A stretch of 64,000 nucleotides of DNA from Paraphysomonas bandaiensis (lineage: Eukaryota > Protista > Chrysophyceae): contig CBFFRP010000066.1 in the NCBI GenBank assembly GCA_965644295.1, forward strand, positions 124,001 to 188,000, given 5' to 3'. Of the stretch, positions 22,337 through 36,752 are shown one piece after another (positions within the stretch are counted from its first letter, which is position 1; each line of letters opens with the position of its first letter). Position numbers and translations under genes: made by a program. Below the pieces are notes generated by a model. It was not told where the DNA came from. It saw nothing but the letters and a program-made list of their open reading frames with translations, and did not search any database.

Positions 22337-22823
22337 GTACATACATACATACATACATACATACATACATACATACATACATACATACATACATACATAC
22401 ATACATACATACATACATACATACATACATACATACATACATACATACATACATACATACTACATACCTACATACCTACATACCTACATACCTACATACC
22501 TACATACCTACATACATACATACATACATACATACATACATACATACATACATACATACATACATACATACATACATACATACATACATACATACATACA
22601 TACATACATACATACATACATACATACATACATACATACATACATACATACATACATACATACATACATACATACATACATACATACATACATACATACA
22701 TACATACATACATACATACCATACATACATACATACATACATACATACATACATACATACATACATACATACATACATACATACATACATACATACATAC
22801 ATACATACATACATACCATACAT
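22337..22823. repeat. (ACAT)n microsatellite of ~490 bp with an internal (ACATACCT)n variant block
   Basis: Read directly; the HTYI/MYVC ORFs are artefacts of it. Confidence 0.98.
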
Positions 22824-22866
22824 AAATGTCGATGTAACTCATCCACATATCACTCATCTAGCCACC

Positions 22867-23451
22867 ATGTCCGACGTCCAACCACTAACCGTATCTAACG
22901 AACGAGAAGTCAATGCAGCTGATTTATCCATTGATCAGTTAGCTACTTTAAAACAACAACATGAAGATGAGTTGCAAGAATTACAAAATCAATTAGAGCA
23001 ACTTCATGGTGCCAAAAATCGTTATATTCATGCTAAAAATGTTCTAGAAGACATGTCATCCACACAAGATGGTGCCCCTATGTTAGTTCCTCTAACATCT
23101 TCTCTCTATGTACCTGGATATGTACGTAATCCTGAGAAGGTATTAGTGGAATTAGGTACGGGTTATTTTTGTGAGAAGAATGCACCTGAAGCCAAAGAAT
23201 TACTATCCAGAAAGGTGTGTTTGATGATGTTATGTGTGTTTATATTATGTTAATTACTCTGTTTATTTTTTAGATGACACTTGTTGACAAATCAATTGAG
23301 AGTGTAGAAAAGGTGATATGTGAAGTTATTTTTTATGAGGATAATTTCTTTTTAGGTTGGCTTGAACAAGAAGAAGACCCTCGATCAAATAGTAATGATG
23401 ATTAACTACAAAGTGACTATGGCTCGGGAGCAGCAAGGAGCAAAGAACTAG
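22867..23451 (+). CDS. PFDN5: Prefoldin subunit 5 (3 exons; introns 23215-23273, 23313-23355)
   Basis: LSIDQLATLKQQHEDE...MLVPLTSSLYVPG....KVLVELGTGYFCEK motif; gccaccATG context. Confidence 0.93.
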
Positions 23452-24196
23452 TACAGTTATTCGTCTGTTGTGCAGATGTAAAATTCTTCTTAGGGGTAGA
23501 GTTTTACAGTTCCTGGGTTTTGGCTTGGTATTTAATGGCCATTAATTTTACTAAATCATGAATATGATATGTATTTTCAATTCTTGTTATGATATGCTTG
23601 GCAGTATTCAGTATTTATCCATAATTTTTAGGTTACGAGAATTAGACATACGCACTACACACGCCCGTTATAGGTTATAGGTGTATATTGTAGCCGGTGA
23701 TATGTAAAAAAGTAAATATACATGTAGTGTAGTATCAGTGAAATAAAATTCTGAACGAGTATCCTTTTTGTGTTTAGTGATTAAAGTTTTTGGTTTCACC
23801 ACCGTTAGTGTCGAATATAGTCGTTAATTGCTGTGTAACGAGTAGTGATAGATATGATAGAGCAGAGTGGCTCAAGAAAGTGAAATTTAGACACCCAAAC
23901 ATAGTGTTTAAGATTGTGCTGCTTAGGATGTTAGAATATTAGACTTGGCATAAATATATATTTGCTCCTGTTGGAATGAAGGTTATCCACAACAAGACTG
24001 AAGAAAATATTCACTGCGATAATACGCGCCTGTGTTGTTTCGTATTACATACTCAAATTAAAAATTATTTAAACCAATGCTTCCACACATTTCCGTAAAT
24101 GGATATATATCTTACACTTATGCAGTTCCCGATATACAGCACAACCACATAGCCCATTCGGCACACTGCAAATTGAAAATTACAAATACGTTTCCC

Positions 24197-24988
24197 CTAC
24201 TTAGTGGCGTTCATTTGCTTCAAAAAGGAATCCAAATGCTGTCCTTGATATTTCAGGAAATCTAGCTCTTCTTTCCGCTTCTTCTCTTCAGCAGTGCGGC
24301 GCTCAGCCTCACGCTTCTCAATAATTTCCAATTTACTGCGGAGTTCTTGAACCTCTAGCTCCAACTCACTGTTGGTCTTTTGAAGCTCGGATGCCTGTTC
24401 TTCGAGGGCTGGAATGCCTTGCTCCGCTCGGATTTGCTTCTTTATGCCAAATGTTACACTGCTTCCATAGAGGGTTTTATATGCGTCGATAGTCATTTTC
24501 ACTTCATCACGAGTACGCATCAACAAGAGACCACGCTCCGGACTATCCAGTGCGACTTGACGAATTAATTCATCCAGACACTGAGAGTATAACTCTTCAC
24601 GAACCGGACAAATACCAGTCTCTCTCGCTTTCCGTTCCGATAGTTTCTTATCTAACTTCTCCTGGAGTGATATAACATCTAGACGAGTAGCTGGTTCTTT
24701 ACACACATTTTGCATCCAAACACCAGACTCCTCAACCCATTCCCTGCACATCATACATATGAGATCTATGAAACACAGCAATACAATACATTTATATTAC
24801 CGAGGAGGGAGAATAGAACTGATCATATCATCTAATTTAGTGTTATTCTCATTAAGTGTTGCTTTAGCTGGTGCATGAGGTACACTTGGTTCAATACCAA
24901 CGAATAGAGGGGCCTCATATTTCACCAGAGACTCAGGTGGGCTAACAGTTATTTCTGCAGGATCGTTGCCTGTAACATTAAATTTCAT
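24197..24988 (-). CDS. DNALI1: Axonemal inner-arm dynein light intermediate chain p28 (intron 24744-24800)
   Basis: ILPPR|EW...PATRLDVISLQEKLD..L.ERKARETGICPVREELYSQCLDELIRQV....PERGLLLMRTRDE. Confidence 0.95.
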
Positions 24989-25243
24989 AGTGATAATATT
25001 CCACTAATAAAGTTTTAGTAGATAATAAGTATTCTAAGTGATGATATTACTATGTTTCTATAGCACTGCTATGCTATTGCCATATATGCAGGTGTATGTA
25101 TGTCTATATATGGGAGGATATGTATATATATATGTACACTATACACTGTATAGAGGATGTTACATATATATATGAAACGGCTTGGAACTGTATCTTTGAT
25201 GGACACATATTTCAGTTCTTGTGAGATTGGTGTACAAATAGAG

Positions 25244-25386
25244 TAGGGGCGTCCGTGGTTTGTGAAAAAACTTGTGGATTTGCATGTGAAAGTCCGGACG
25301 CGATATAAGTTTTTCCTAACTTTTTTTAGCGGTCCAGACGCCTCTGAAAAAAACAGGAGGTTTTTTGCGAACCACGGACGCCCCTA
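25244..25386. mobile_element. MITE-like element of 143 bp with perfect 17-bp terminal inverted repeats
   Basis: taggggcgtccgtggtt (25244-25260) and aaccacggacgccccta (25370-25386), with imperfect inward extension; terminal TA could be a TSD. Confidence 0.7.
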
Positions 25387-25811
25387 GTGGTTCTGATACC
25401 ACCAGGGTGTACTTTGTATAAGAATGTATAAGTATATAAAAATTGTCGATTTATATCCACCAAAAATAGAAAGTTGAATATTCTAATTTTCCTTCATAAA
25501 TATATACACAGCAGTGCAGTGTACGATATTGTTCTTCTCACAGAGAGTGCACTTCAGAACAAAAACAAATATTGTCCATAAATTTGTCATTTTGACATAT
25601 AGAGTATACGCACATACATGGAACAAAAAACTATTTTACGTAAATAAATTTTTTTATCTCTACAGGCTCATATATATACATATAGCAACACCCATACATA
25701 CATATACATACATACACATTCATCCATATATAAGTTCATTAACACCACACTCATCTCACACATACACTCCACTACATTCATAATCTCATCTAATCACACC
25801 ATACTATCAAT

Positions 25812-28406
25812 ATGTCATCAACTGATACTTATAAAAAACGTCAAGAAGATGCTAAAAAGAAACAAACGGGTGAATTGCCGCCTGATTTAGATCAAGATGG
25901 CAAAATGATTAACCCTCATAACCCTGATTTCATTACTAAAGTACCATGGTATTTAGGTGATAGTGGACCAACACTTAAACATCATAATGTACAAAAAAAA
26001 GATCATTATATATCATTAACTGAATCTGATGAATTGATTCATAAGAAATACATACATAAACAACAATATCAACAGAATAAATCTGTTAAATATCGTAAAG
26101 GGGCATGTAAAAATTGTGGTGCTATGACACATAAAGAAAAAGATTGTGTAGAACGTCCAAGATCATCAAAGAAAGCTGCATGGAAATCGGGTAGGTAGTG
26201 TGTCATAAGATTATTAGGAGTGTGTTGTTATATATGGTTATGTATATATGTAGGTGTGGATATTGCTCCTGATGAAGTAGTGCTGAAAATGGAAGAACAT
26301 GGTAAAGTTTCTTATGATGCTAAACGAGATCAATGGCAGGTTGTTACAACTTATTTTTGATGTGTAATTCTGACCTATTGTGAGCATTTAGCTCTGTATA
26401 TATTCGTGTGAATATATTTTTTACTTGTGGTCATTTTAGAGTCATGTGCTAATGCTCTCAATTTGTGTGCTAAACTATTATTTTAGGGATACGACCCAAC
26501 ACAATATAAGCACACCATTGACCGTTACGAACGTGCTGAAGCTGAGAGGCGTAAATACAAACAAGAACAAAAGGAAAAGAAACGCCTTGAGGAGGAAGCA
26601 GCTAAGAAGGCGAAGGAGGAAAGGCGACAACAGCGGGCAGCACTTAAAGAAGGAGGAGAAAATGCTGAAAATGGAGGTGGGGAAGCCGACAGTGGAGAAA
26701 GTGACTCTGGGAGTGATTATGACTCCGATGAGGATGATGACTCAGAAGACGATACCAAAGAGTACTTACAGAGGGACGAGAAAGCTAGAGATTTTCAGGG
26801 GCGAGCTGCACGGCAAGGTAAAAATGGCGTCTTGTATCGGGTTGTTGTAGCGATTCTGCTTGTCAAATGCATCGTCGTATGCTAACAGCGTGAATATCTG
26901 CGTGAATTATGTGTATATGTATGTAAGACTGTACCCTAGTGAGCATGTCTACGTACATATGTTTACTTCAACGTGTAGGTGGAGTGGGTGGCGCACAAAT
27001 GAAAACCACAGTGAGAAATCTGAGAATTCGCGAAGACACGCCGAAGTACCTCCGCAACTTGGATCTCAATAGTGCTCATTATGACCCTAAGGCTCGCTCC
27101 ATGAGAATGAATCCTCTTCCAAATGAGAACCCAGAAGATCTTCCTTATGCTGGGGATAACTTTGTCAGGTGAGTTTGGTTGGGATTAGGCATGAAAATTT
27201 GTAGACCAGTGAGTGCTCCACTGTGGTGTACCGTTATGGTCCGCACTGTCATAGATTTGTGCTGTGGTTTACATGATACTTCAAGCTCTGATGTATTGAA
27301 CACTCAGGTACACCGGTGATGCCATAGCCCTGGCTCAGAGTCAAGTACTTTGCTGGGAGATGCAATCTAGAGGAGAGGATATCGACGTTCTCAGTAACCC
27401 ATCTCAAGCAGAGTTGGTGAAGAAACAATATGTTGAAAAGAAGGCTCTGTTGGAGGAGAAGAAAAAACAAGAGTTATATAACAAATATGGTAGGTATAAA
27501 CTGAGAGAACACATGTGCCAGATAGTGGCAAGCCATTATGGAAATTAGAAAAGTCGCCACAGTATTTCTTTACCATGATAGGCAGATATGAATTTAAATT
27601 ATATGAACTAATCATTTTCTATAGGAGTTAACCCTGAGTCCAATACATCGTCAGCCCCTGAAATGGACCCCCGCCTTCGTCTTGGCCAATCAGAGGCATT
27701 TGTTACATATACGAGTGATGGGCGTTTGGCTGGTTCTGCTTCTGCTAAAACTGTCGCGCGAACGAAATATGAGGAAGACGTTTTCATTAATAATCACACT
27801 TCAGTCTGGGGGAGCTACTTCAACAAAAAGCGCATGCAGTGGGGTTATCAGTGCTGTCATTCTTTGGTTAAGAACTCGTACTGTACAGGGGCAAAGGGCA
27901 GGGAGACAAACGACGCTGAGAGGTAAGCGCTGTGAAATCGTCTATTTCTTGTGTGTGGTGCGGGCGCTGTGTTGTCTTTTTATTTGATTGGCTTGGTTCT
28001 GCACAAATTTACTTTTGTGTGCAGTTCCCAAGGTGTAGCAATGCTACAAGCCCAGCAGATGCTCAACAGTATTAAGCCGAAGGATAATGACAAGAAGGAA
28101 TCAAAGAGTCGTATTACGAAAAGATCAGATGTGTACGGCGAAAGTGACCCTGCACTGGCAGCCGGTCTGGATGAGAGCAAAGTCCAGGCTGCTATGCAGC
28201 GCCTAAAGGAAGAAAAGGAGGGAAATGGAAGCAATTCAGTCGAAGGTGACGATAGAAAGCGATCATATAATTCTATGAAGACAGTGGATGTGACGGCGGA
28301 AGACATGGAAGCCTACAGAAGGATAAAAACGAAACGAGAAGATCCAATGGCTGCTTTTATTGGAGAAGGAGGAGATAGCGAAGTGTTGCTGGAGTATAAA
28401 CCTTAA
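25812..28406 (+). CDS. SLU7: Pre-mRNA splicing factor SLU7 (multi-exon)
   Basis: [15 protein letters not shown], zinc knuckle [80 protein letters not shown]...[15 protein letters not shown]...EDPM. Confidence 0.97.
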
Positions 28407-29699
28407 TAGGTAGTCACTAGCATATAGTAGCCGTTATCTTTTCCATCTTGTGCTATTCATTAGTTAGTATTTAGATGATATTGTTATAATAACCTAATTT
28501 GGCATAGCGTTATATTCTATGGAGTGAAACTTCTCAGGAAGCATTTAAAATTGTACAATAAGAATTTACTGTTATGTGTCGTCAAATATTATATATAGCG
28601 CTGGCTGTATTAGGTATTCAACTTCATTAGGAAGCTCGAGGGATAAGAAGTATCGTCCCGTGTCCTAATTTTAAAACTCTGGCTCTTCACCCTCGTTTAA
28701 CTAACGTGAGTCGCATATACAGTCAGCTGATAACGTTCTGTCCACTCAAAGCCTAATGCTTGTGTGGTACAAGGGGCACTAATATAAGTGTCACTTGTGT
28801 GACGAATAAACTGACATCCGGGGTATCGGGCTGCCTACTGAAGTCAAGCATCCGGGCTGTTCACCTCTTATAAGTGTTCACCATAATTAGTTGTTGAACT
28901 TAGTAAGAAAGCTTAGATAAACAGATGAACACTTTAAGAAGATAAATATAAGAGATATCATACATCATTCATTGTCATTCATCGCCTCGGTTTATCTCTA
29001 CTTACTACACCAACCATTAGTAGTACGATCTTACATCGTCACTATCTTGTACAGTCAATATATTTCAGTTTCAGTACTATAATAGCTGTCATATCATTGG
29101 TTCTCATTTCTCATATTACGGTTAGCTACTATAGTATTCTGTATTCTTTGAGTAACGGTTATATTTCAAATATCTCAGAAACTACGGCTTTTAATTGCTC
29201 ACAACAGCAAAACTCAACATTAAGGACTCCAATATCCTGATGACAGCAGATGCCATATGCCATGTACCAGGTATATCAACATTCTGCTTGCTCAACTGCG
29301 TTTGCTTTAAGTGATAGAGCGAAAGTGGTTTCATCTTGGTGCTTGTGGTGAAGCACAAGCAGCTTTCGTAGCGATAAATAGAAGGATCTCAAGTTAAGCA
29401 CTACAGTAGTTATTTAAATTGTAATGCTAAATTATTTCTGACACTTTAACGGCACTCACAACTAGAAGTGAAAAACACGAGTAGAGTAGGCGGAGGCCAA
29501 CCTTTCTTCAATAGTTTACATAAAACTAAAAGAAACAATAAGTCACTTTAATCCTCTTCGCTTTCATGCAAAGAGTAGCGCATCAGAACTTACAAGAGTA
29601 ATAAATCTATAGTAATATTAATATTAATAGGTTTGCTTTAATGTGTCGCTACAGTCATCATAAATAACTTATTTACATGTAGCACTTCAGATACCAGGT

Positions 29700-32218
29700 T
29701 TACGTATCTGGAATCACATTGACTCTACGAACTATATGCTGGGGAATGTATTTCACACTCTCCCTAATCAAAGGGTAAAACCCTGATAAATATTCTTGCA
29801 TCGTCTGTATAATATTGGCGGTATCTAACGGTTTGGTTAGGGTCTTATCGAACCCATCCCACCCCACACATTCTACTTCACTTTCTAGGTTCGCGGAGAC
29901 TGCGCATACAAATTGTCGTCTACGACCACTACTATACTTCGATGCTTCGTATTCGCGCAATCTATGAATTGCCTAAAACAAAGTTAGCAACGTAAAGATT
30001 AAATTACGAGTATAATAACACGAGACGATATGAAAAGCTTACAAAAATTCGACGCACCTCAGGTCCAGACATCACAGGCATTTGAATGTCCATGAAGACA
30101 ACGTCCACAACTTCTTCTTTCATAACATCAAGTGCTTTACTTCCATTTTCAAACGTGTAGACTTCTTTAAACCCAAGATTCAACAGGGTACGCCGAAGAA
30201 GTTTCCGAATTGATTGCACATCATCAACAACGAATGCAACCAATTCTCTCTCCCGAATAGATTGCACTACATTTTCGTGTGCCTCGATAGACGAGCTAGA
30301 ATATTTTCGTTGATTAGGCAAGGGAGATGTTGAGACACTCGAAGTCATTGTACTTCTTTCATGTACAGCCCTCAGAATATCCGTGGTAGGAGACACAATA
30401 AAATCTGAAGACTGTAATCTGCTCAACTGGCTGTCACTTTTCTTATCAATTTCACCCTTGTCAGAGCCAGGAGCATCTACTGTAATTCGAAGGCCACCGG
30501 CTGTCTTAAAAGAACACTTGTCAGCACTATTCCAAGACACAGATCCCTCGGTACTATTGTCTAATTTGACTAGAGTCGGGTCAACTACGTAGGGAATTTT
30601 GAACCAGAAAATTGACCCCTTGAGCTTATTCGGTCTCACTCCACATGATCCCCCCAGCCCCTCTGCACGTATTCGTACACCGTAAAGACCGAGGCCAGTT
30701 CCAGTGTTCTGTCCTTGTTGGGCCTGAGTGTACGGGTTAAACAGAGTGTTCAAGGTCTTCTGAGTCACCCCAACACCAGTATCAATCAGCTCAAACAGAA
30801 GCATTTTGTCGTTCTGATCGCATCGGCGGCACACCACCTGTATGCTACCTTCCTCCGTATACTTGCAAGCGTTCGTAAGCAGATTTAAAATCATTTGCCA
30901 GACCCACTCTTCATCTGTTATGATATCATTGAACACCGTGTTGGCAATAGAAAACGTGATAGGTACCCGGCGGCTGTATCCCTCTATAATAACAGCAACC
31001 TTGTGCATTACTCCACACAGATTGACGGTAGATTTTCGAGGTTTAATAGAGTATCCCATCATTACCTTGTTTATATCCATCGTTTGGGAAATGGTAAGGT
31101 TCATGAGAGACACAGAGATGTGAGCCTGACTGTAAAGTTGTAGTTGGTCGTCCGTGAGGCCTGAGTCTTTCAACAGCTCCAAGACAAAGGAGAAGCTTTG
31201 AAGAGGTGTTTTGAGGTCATGAGCACAACAAGTGATATATTGCAGCTTAGCTAAATTCTCTCTCTCCTGTGTCTGGAGGCGCATATCGTATTCAGTCTTC
31301 TTCGCGTGAACATCACTCGTAATAATCATAACATCATGGGAATCGTAATTGTGCATTTGTATGGAGTGAGATGATGATCCAAAATTAGATGATTCACTGC
31401 ACACCAATGTTGACTTCATCCATCGCCAGCCATTACGTTTGCTATCCCTTATTCGAAATTCAACATTCACTGGACCGAATGCTTCGGGATCAGTATTGCA
31501 CATATAGATATTATTGGAGTTCATGTCTGCTAACCCATCTGACGCAATCGATTCAAAAAATACAGAAGCAGCAGTAATAAATGATTCTATGTCATCTGGA
31601 TGCATGACATCTGTAATCTTGCAGTGGTCAATTTGAGAGCCAAATATTCGTTTCGTTGAGGCATTCCCTCTAATCATATACAAATCTCTAGACAGAAGTG
31701 CAATACTTTCCTGGCAAGAGTCAATAATACGTAACAATCTGTTTTCCGCCTTAACTAACTCCCCATTCGCAGTGAGTTCAAGATTATTGGTGATTTTAAG
31801 AATGGCTGGAAAGAGAAAACTTGCAACAACAGCGGATAAAAATGACACAACAGCACATAAATGCATTGTGGTGTTACGAAAATAAGTCATTTTTACATCC
31901 AAATGTACGCGAAGGAAGTCAACAAAATGAGTTAACCCACACGCAAATATAAACATCGAGAATAGTAGCAATACAGTGAGACTCATAATGAGTAACATTT
32001 GATTACCAGTTGCAACATTTCGTTGAAAATATGCACTCAGCAGCTAAAATATTAAACAAGAAGTGTAAGTTATTGTGTGAAGATAGAGTATATCCACTTA
32101 CTCGTGATCGTAGAGCCAAAATTAGTATTTGTAAAGTAATCCAAAAATATGATAAGGATATTACCAAGTCATTGAGAGCTACTACTGCAAGTGCCATAAG
32201 TAGTCTCAATAAATTCAC
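29700..32218 (-). CDS. Membrane-anchored hybrid histidine kinase (TM helices, PAS, HisKA, HATPase_c, REC); 5' end uncertain; introns 32044-32101 and 29973-30057
   Basis: HPDD PAS motif; AHDLKTPL H-box; NLLTNACKYT, DTGVG and GTGLGL boxes; VVDD...VFMDIQMPVMSG|AIHRLR...TKPL receiver. Confidence 0.92.
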
Positions 32219-32959
32219 CTTAATATCATGTAAATAATATAAGAAGACAATGATAATGCAAGATTTATGCTTTTATCCCTTTTAATCTTATGAATATTTG
32301 GTAGATGAATGGAATGAGGTGCATCTGCATGCAACTGGACATGACATGGGAGTCAAGTACGATCGATATATTCAACCGTCTGGCCTTGAGTGGAAAAAAA
32401 TATATATTCATGTAATTTTACAATGAAGTAAAAATGGTAAAAATGTAATTTTGTAATGATGTCATTAAGTATATATATACCAGTATAATGAATGGAAAAA
32501 TAATTACGTTAAAACAAAATTACAATTTTTTTATGATGTAAAAAAATAATCATATGTTGGTATGTTTCGTACTTGAATATAAGGTTCTATAGACGGATTA
32601 CAACATCCGTTCTCTGTCCGTTTAATATGATACGGGTTACATTGACGGTTGAGATTTGCCCGATGCACACTCATCTCACAGCAACGATTGCGAGATATGC
32701 AGCAATGCATTCAATGGGAATGTTGCATAATGCATCTACTATAGCAGTGGATTTAAGATTGTAAGCAATATACGAGGGTATTATACATATGATAACAACT
32801 ATTTAATAAGTTATTGTGCAGATAATACAGTAATTTAACATATAGCGTTATTGCACTTAACTCTGCCTCATATATTTACAGTCATACGCTTCAACCTGAA
32901 GTATATTTAAGTCATCAATAAAAAACTATTCTATAGTTTAATAGACTTATTCCATTCAC

Positions 32960-34970
32960 ATGATAGATATATCTAAACTCTTTATTGATGTTTCCACTCT
33001 TCCTCAAAATGGATACGGGTCATTCCAACTTGCATTTCTCTTCGCGGTGTATGGCTATGTTCTCATGGTAGCATCAGATATGATATCTAATGGTTCTGAG
33101 TTTTTGCTGTTAATACCTGCATATGCTGGAATTGTTGGAAGTGTTGTACTTCCTATCCTCGGTGCTGTTCCTGATGGCATGCTCGTACTCTTCAGCGGTA
33201 TGGGAGAAAATGCGCAATCTCAACTGTCGGTGAGTATATACGACGCTTGTAGTGTAAAATATAAATGATATGTAGGTTGGTGTGGGTGCTCTAGCCGGAA
33301 GCACAATAATGCTTTTAACAATTCCGTGGTGCTTAAGTGTAATAGGTGGTCGTGTTGATCTAGACGACCAAGGAAGACCCAACTACCGAAAATCACCGAA
33401 ACTCTCTCCTGAAAATGTGGCATCTCTTAGCGCCACAGGTGTTGCAATTTCTCCGCATGTCCAGACTGGAGGATGGTGGGTAATTTAAAATCTATACGTT
33501 GAGTAATGAGAAAATGCATATAGGATAATGATTGGAACTTCAGTCACCTATCTTTTTTTACAGGGTCCTGGTATTTTTTATGCCGGAAGAAGTACACATG
33601 ATATAGCCGTCGAAGAGAGTACCTGGGCACTGATTGGAATGTTTTTATGCTTCATTCTCTTTGCCGCGTATCTATGGTATCAAATAAAGACCTCTAACGA
33701 CGATGCAGTAGGAAGCCAACAGGATAGGCGTATTCGTGTCATTGAGGAGGCTATTCGACGTGGGGAAGTAACTTTATTGGGAGTCATGCAAGCAGAGTTC
33801 AAAACTGCATCCATGAAACGCCATCTTGATGAGAACAGCCCTCTAGTGGACAATCCTGAACTTATGGCTCGCCTAAAGGTACTATACTACCCTCCTGATA
33901 TGATGTCTAACTTTGAAATGTAGGGTGTATTGAAACCGTTTTATCTGAAGTACGATACAAACAATGACGGCAGTCTGAGTATGGTTGAGCTGTCTTCAGT
34001 CTTTAGGTAGTACAGAACTAAATATCAACCTTGTACATTTATCATTCATACTTTTACAGGGATATGGGAGAATTTCTTGACCAAGAGAACCTAAAAAAGA
34101 TATTCAATGTCTTTGATAGCGATCAAAGTGGGGGTGTAGATTTTCATGAATTTGTGCTAGGAACGGCACAATATATCAAGATGAATCGAAAGCGTTGTTT
34201 GTTCAACAAGACTCATAGGGGTATGTCGGTGCTTGGGTACGATAATCGTGCTCTCTTAGATGAAGAGGCTGGCGACGCCGAGAAAGAGGAAGATGAAGAA
34301 GACGATATGCCAGAGGATCTGCGACATCTGTCACCTGAGGATCAGCAGAAGCGACTGAAATATCGTGCACTTTATTTCTTGGGACTGGGGACATTGCTTG
34401 TTATCCTGTTTTCAGACCCAATGGTCGATGTCTTGGACGAGATAGGAACGAGAACAGTATGTTTTCAACGTAATGTTAAATATATAGTAATATGGCTATG
34501 TGTTGTAGGGTATGGGGTCATTTCCCGTAGCGTTTGTTCTTGCTCCATTGGCTTCCAACGCATCTGAGCTCGTAGCTTCATACAAATACTCTCTCAAGAA
34601 ATCCAGTCACAGTATTGCAATTTCCCTCTCCACCTTGCAGGGCGCGGCTTGCATGAATAATACTTTTGGTTTGGGGATATTTATGGTGCTTATATATTCC
34701 AAGACACTTGCCTGGGAATATCTAGCAGAAACACTTTCAATTCTCTTCGTACAGGCAAGAAGCTAAATTCTTTGTTTTCATGTACTTTTCTTATCTTGAT
34801 ATGTTTTCACTTTATATACTTGTCTTGAACTAATTGGTTATTTACAGATTGTGATGGGATTTATGACTCTGAAGCAAACTCATACTGTTGGGGACAGCTT
34901 TTGGATTCTTGCACTATATCCACTATCATTGTTAATGGTCATTGCACTGGAAGCGATGGGATGGGATTGA
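32960..34970 (+). CDS. Ca2+/cation antiporter with EF-hands (NCL/EFCAX-type, Na_Ca_ex family), multi-exon
   Basis: GSVVLPILGAVPDG, VGALAGSTIMLLT, EF-hands DTNNDGSLS and DSDQSGGVDFHEF, FSDPMVDVL, APLASNASE, GAACMNNT. Confidence 0.92.
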
Positions 34971-35944
34971 TACGGTATTCTGCTATGTATATCTTAACTT
35001 TATCTTGATGGTGCGGTGTAGAACACTAGAAGTTATGTAGTTATCCTAGTACCCATGTAGTAGAGTGGGTTTACTAGGGCAAACGGGACAAACAATTGAA
35101 TTCATTAAATTAATTAATCACACGGCTACTGAGTATAGTTTAGTGTGTGTAACACGGCCGTATATAGTATATACGGTTACGAGCACTGCTCAATACGTCT
35201 TTGTTTTTGAATTAAATTGGGTTCGACAGAACACTCATATCAGCACGGGCCAATATTGACATATTAACTTTATTATTCGGTTCAAACAGAAACTACTTTT
35301 TATCCTAATTATGATATTGACAGTCATTTGAAAATGGATTTATCATTATGAAAGCCAAAAGATGACTCAACTTTCGAAAGCAGATCATCAAACACACTAA
35401 GTTTTATTCTGTGTTGAAGATTATAATAATGCCAGGATTTTGTATCAACTTCAAAAATAATACTGTAAATTTCAAATGCCACATTTGGTGCTAAAAGTGA
35501 TTTGAAGCAGTGGCGCCAAATTCTTTCAGAATTTTTGTCACGTTATACTTTTATGAGCGTCATATTTCATATATTATACACACAGCATTCGAGTTTTTTC
35601 ACTGGCAGGGTTAAACGTTATGCGTAATGTATATATGCTAAATGTGGCAAGAAGCCTCATGCGACTGCAATATTTCACATTCATCATCATATTTTTTATG
35701 TACGAAATTAATACCTCAGAGTTAGCACTTTCTCAGCATCTTTCTGTGGTAGGAGTGTAGGAGTACATTAGTCATTAGTTATAGGTATTATTGAAATTAG
35801 CGAAGTTGTTGCTTTAAGTTAATCTATAATACAATTTCCATTCTCTAAGCTTTTGAATTGATACCATTGAGTTTCATTTATCATTTGTAATCAAGGAGCA
35901 TGTATTTCTCTTCTAACAGCAAACAAGCTCCAAATTGCTAGTTA

Positions 35945-36210
35945 GTTGTGAATGTCTTATATTATTAGCAATAAGCGTTGAAGAGTCAAAACTAATGTAG
36001 CATTGTAATTTAACTAACTAGTGCTGAACTCTAGTATTCTACGATTTAACGCTACAAAAGCTGCATGTTCGTCACAGCAAGCACCGCTTTTGCTCTATCA
36101 CTCAACGCAAAAGTAGTGACCAAGCAGAATGTTGATAACCTGACTTCAGGATTTTCTAGTCCTTAAAGTGATGTGGGCCCAGTCCCGGATGCCTGTTAAT
36201 TTGTCAGGGC
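35945..36210. repeat. Dispersed repeat, diverged copy of ~13020-13200
   Basis: Same shared blocks as listed for 13020. Confidence 0.7.
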
Positions 36211-36226
36211 CCAAAGAAGTCTACAC

Positions 36227-36360
36227 AAGTGACAATTATATATTAGAGTCCCTTGAACCATACAAGTATTCGGCAGTACAATATCTGCTGTCTAAGTGAC
36301 AATTATATATTAGAGTCCCTTGAACCATACAAGTATTCGGCAGTACAAAATCTGCTGTCT
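36227..36360. repeat. 67-bp tandem duplication
   Basis: aagtgacaattatatattagagtcccttgaacc...ctgctgtct at 36227 and 36294, one mismatch. Confidence 0.92.
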
Positions 36361-36752
36361 ATGTTTGCGGCATACGATAGTTACCTGCTGAAGAAGTATC
36401 TCCGGTGCTTTTCCCCAGGACGCCGCGAAAGCGTGCGAGACCGACTTTGTTGAAGATCTAAATTATTATACATTCAACATGATGAGGATAAACTGCAATG
36501 GATATAAGGAGTATCGTCTCTTGTCCAAATATACGAAGCGTATAAAAGCGATAAGCGCGTAGGATGATGGGTGCTTTTTATATGAGACCTATTTGTCTCT
36601 TTGTCGACTCTCTATCTCAATAGCATATCAATTGGAGTGTTAGATAAACTACAGCTATTATCTTTATTTTATTAAAACATTGTAAGATATTGTTGTTGAG
36701 TTCTACTTCGTGGTGATGGATACGCTACATACATGAGGCTGAATTTATTTCA

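Noticed and set aside
22258-22866. HTYI/MYVC repeat ORFs and an N-terminal extension of prefoldin 5
   Set aside because: Translation of the ACAT microsatellite; the true start is most likely ATG 22867
35976-36479. Solo LTR (gttga...tcaaca)
   Set aside because: No matching target-site duplication, and homology to the 13-kb copy extends outside the supposed ends
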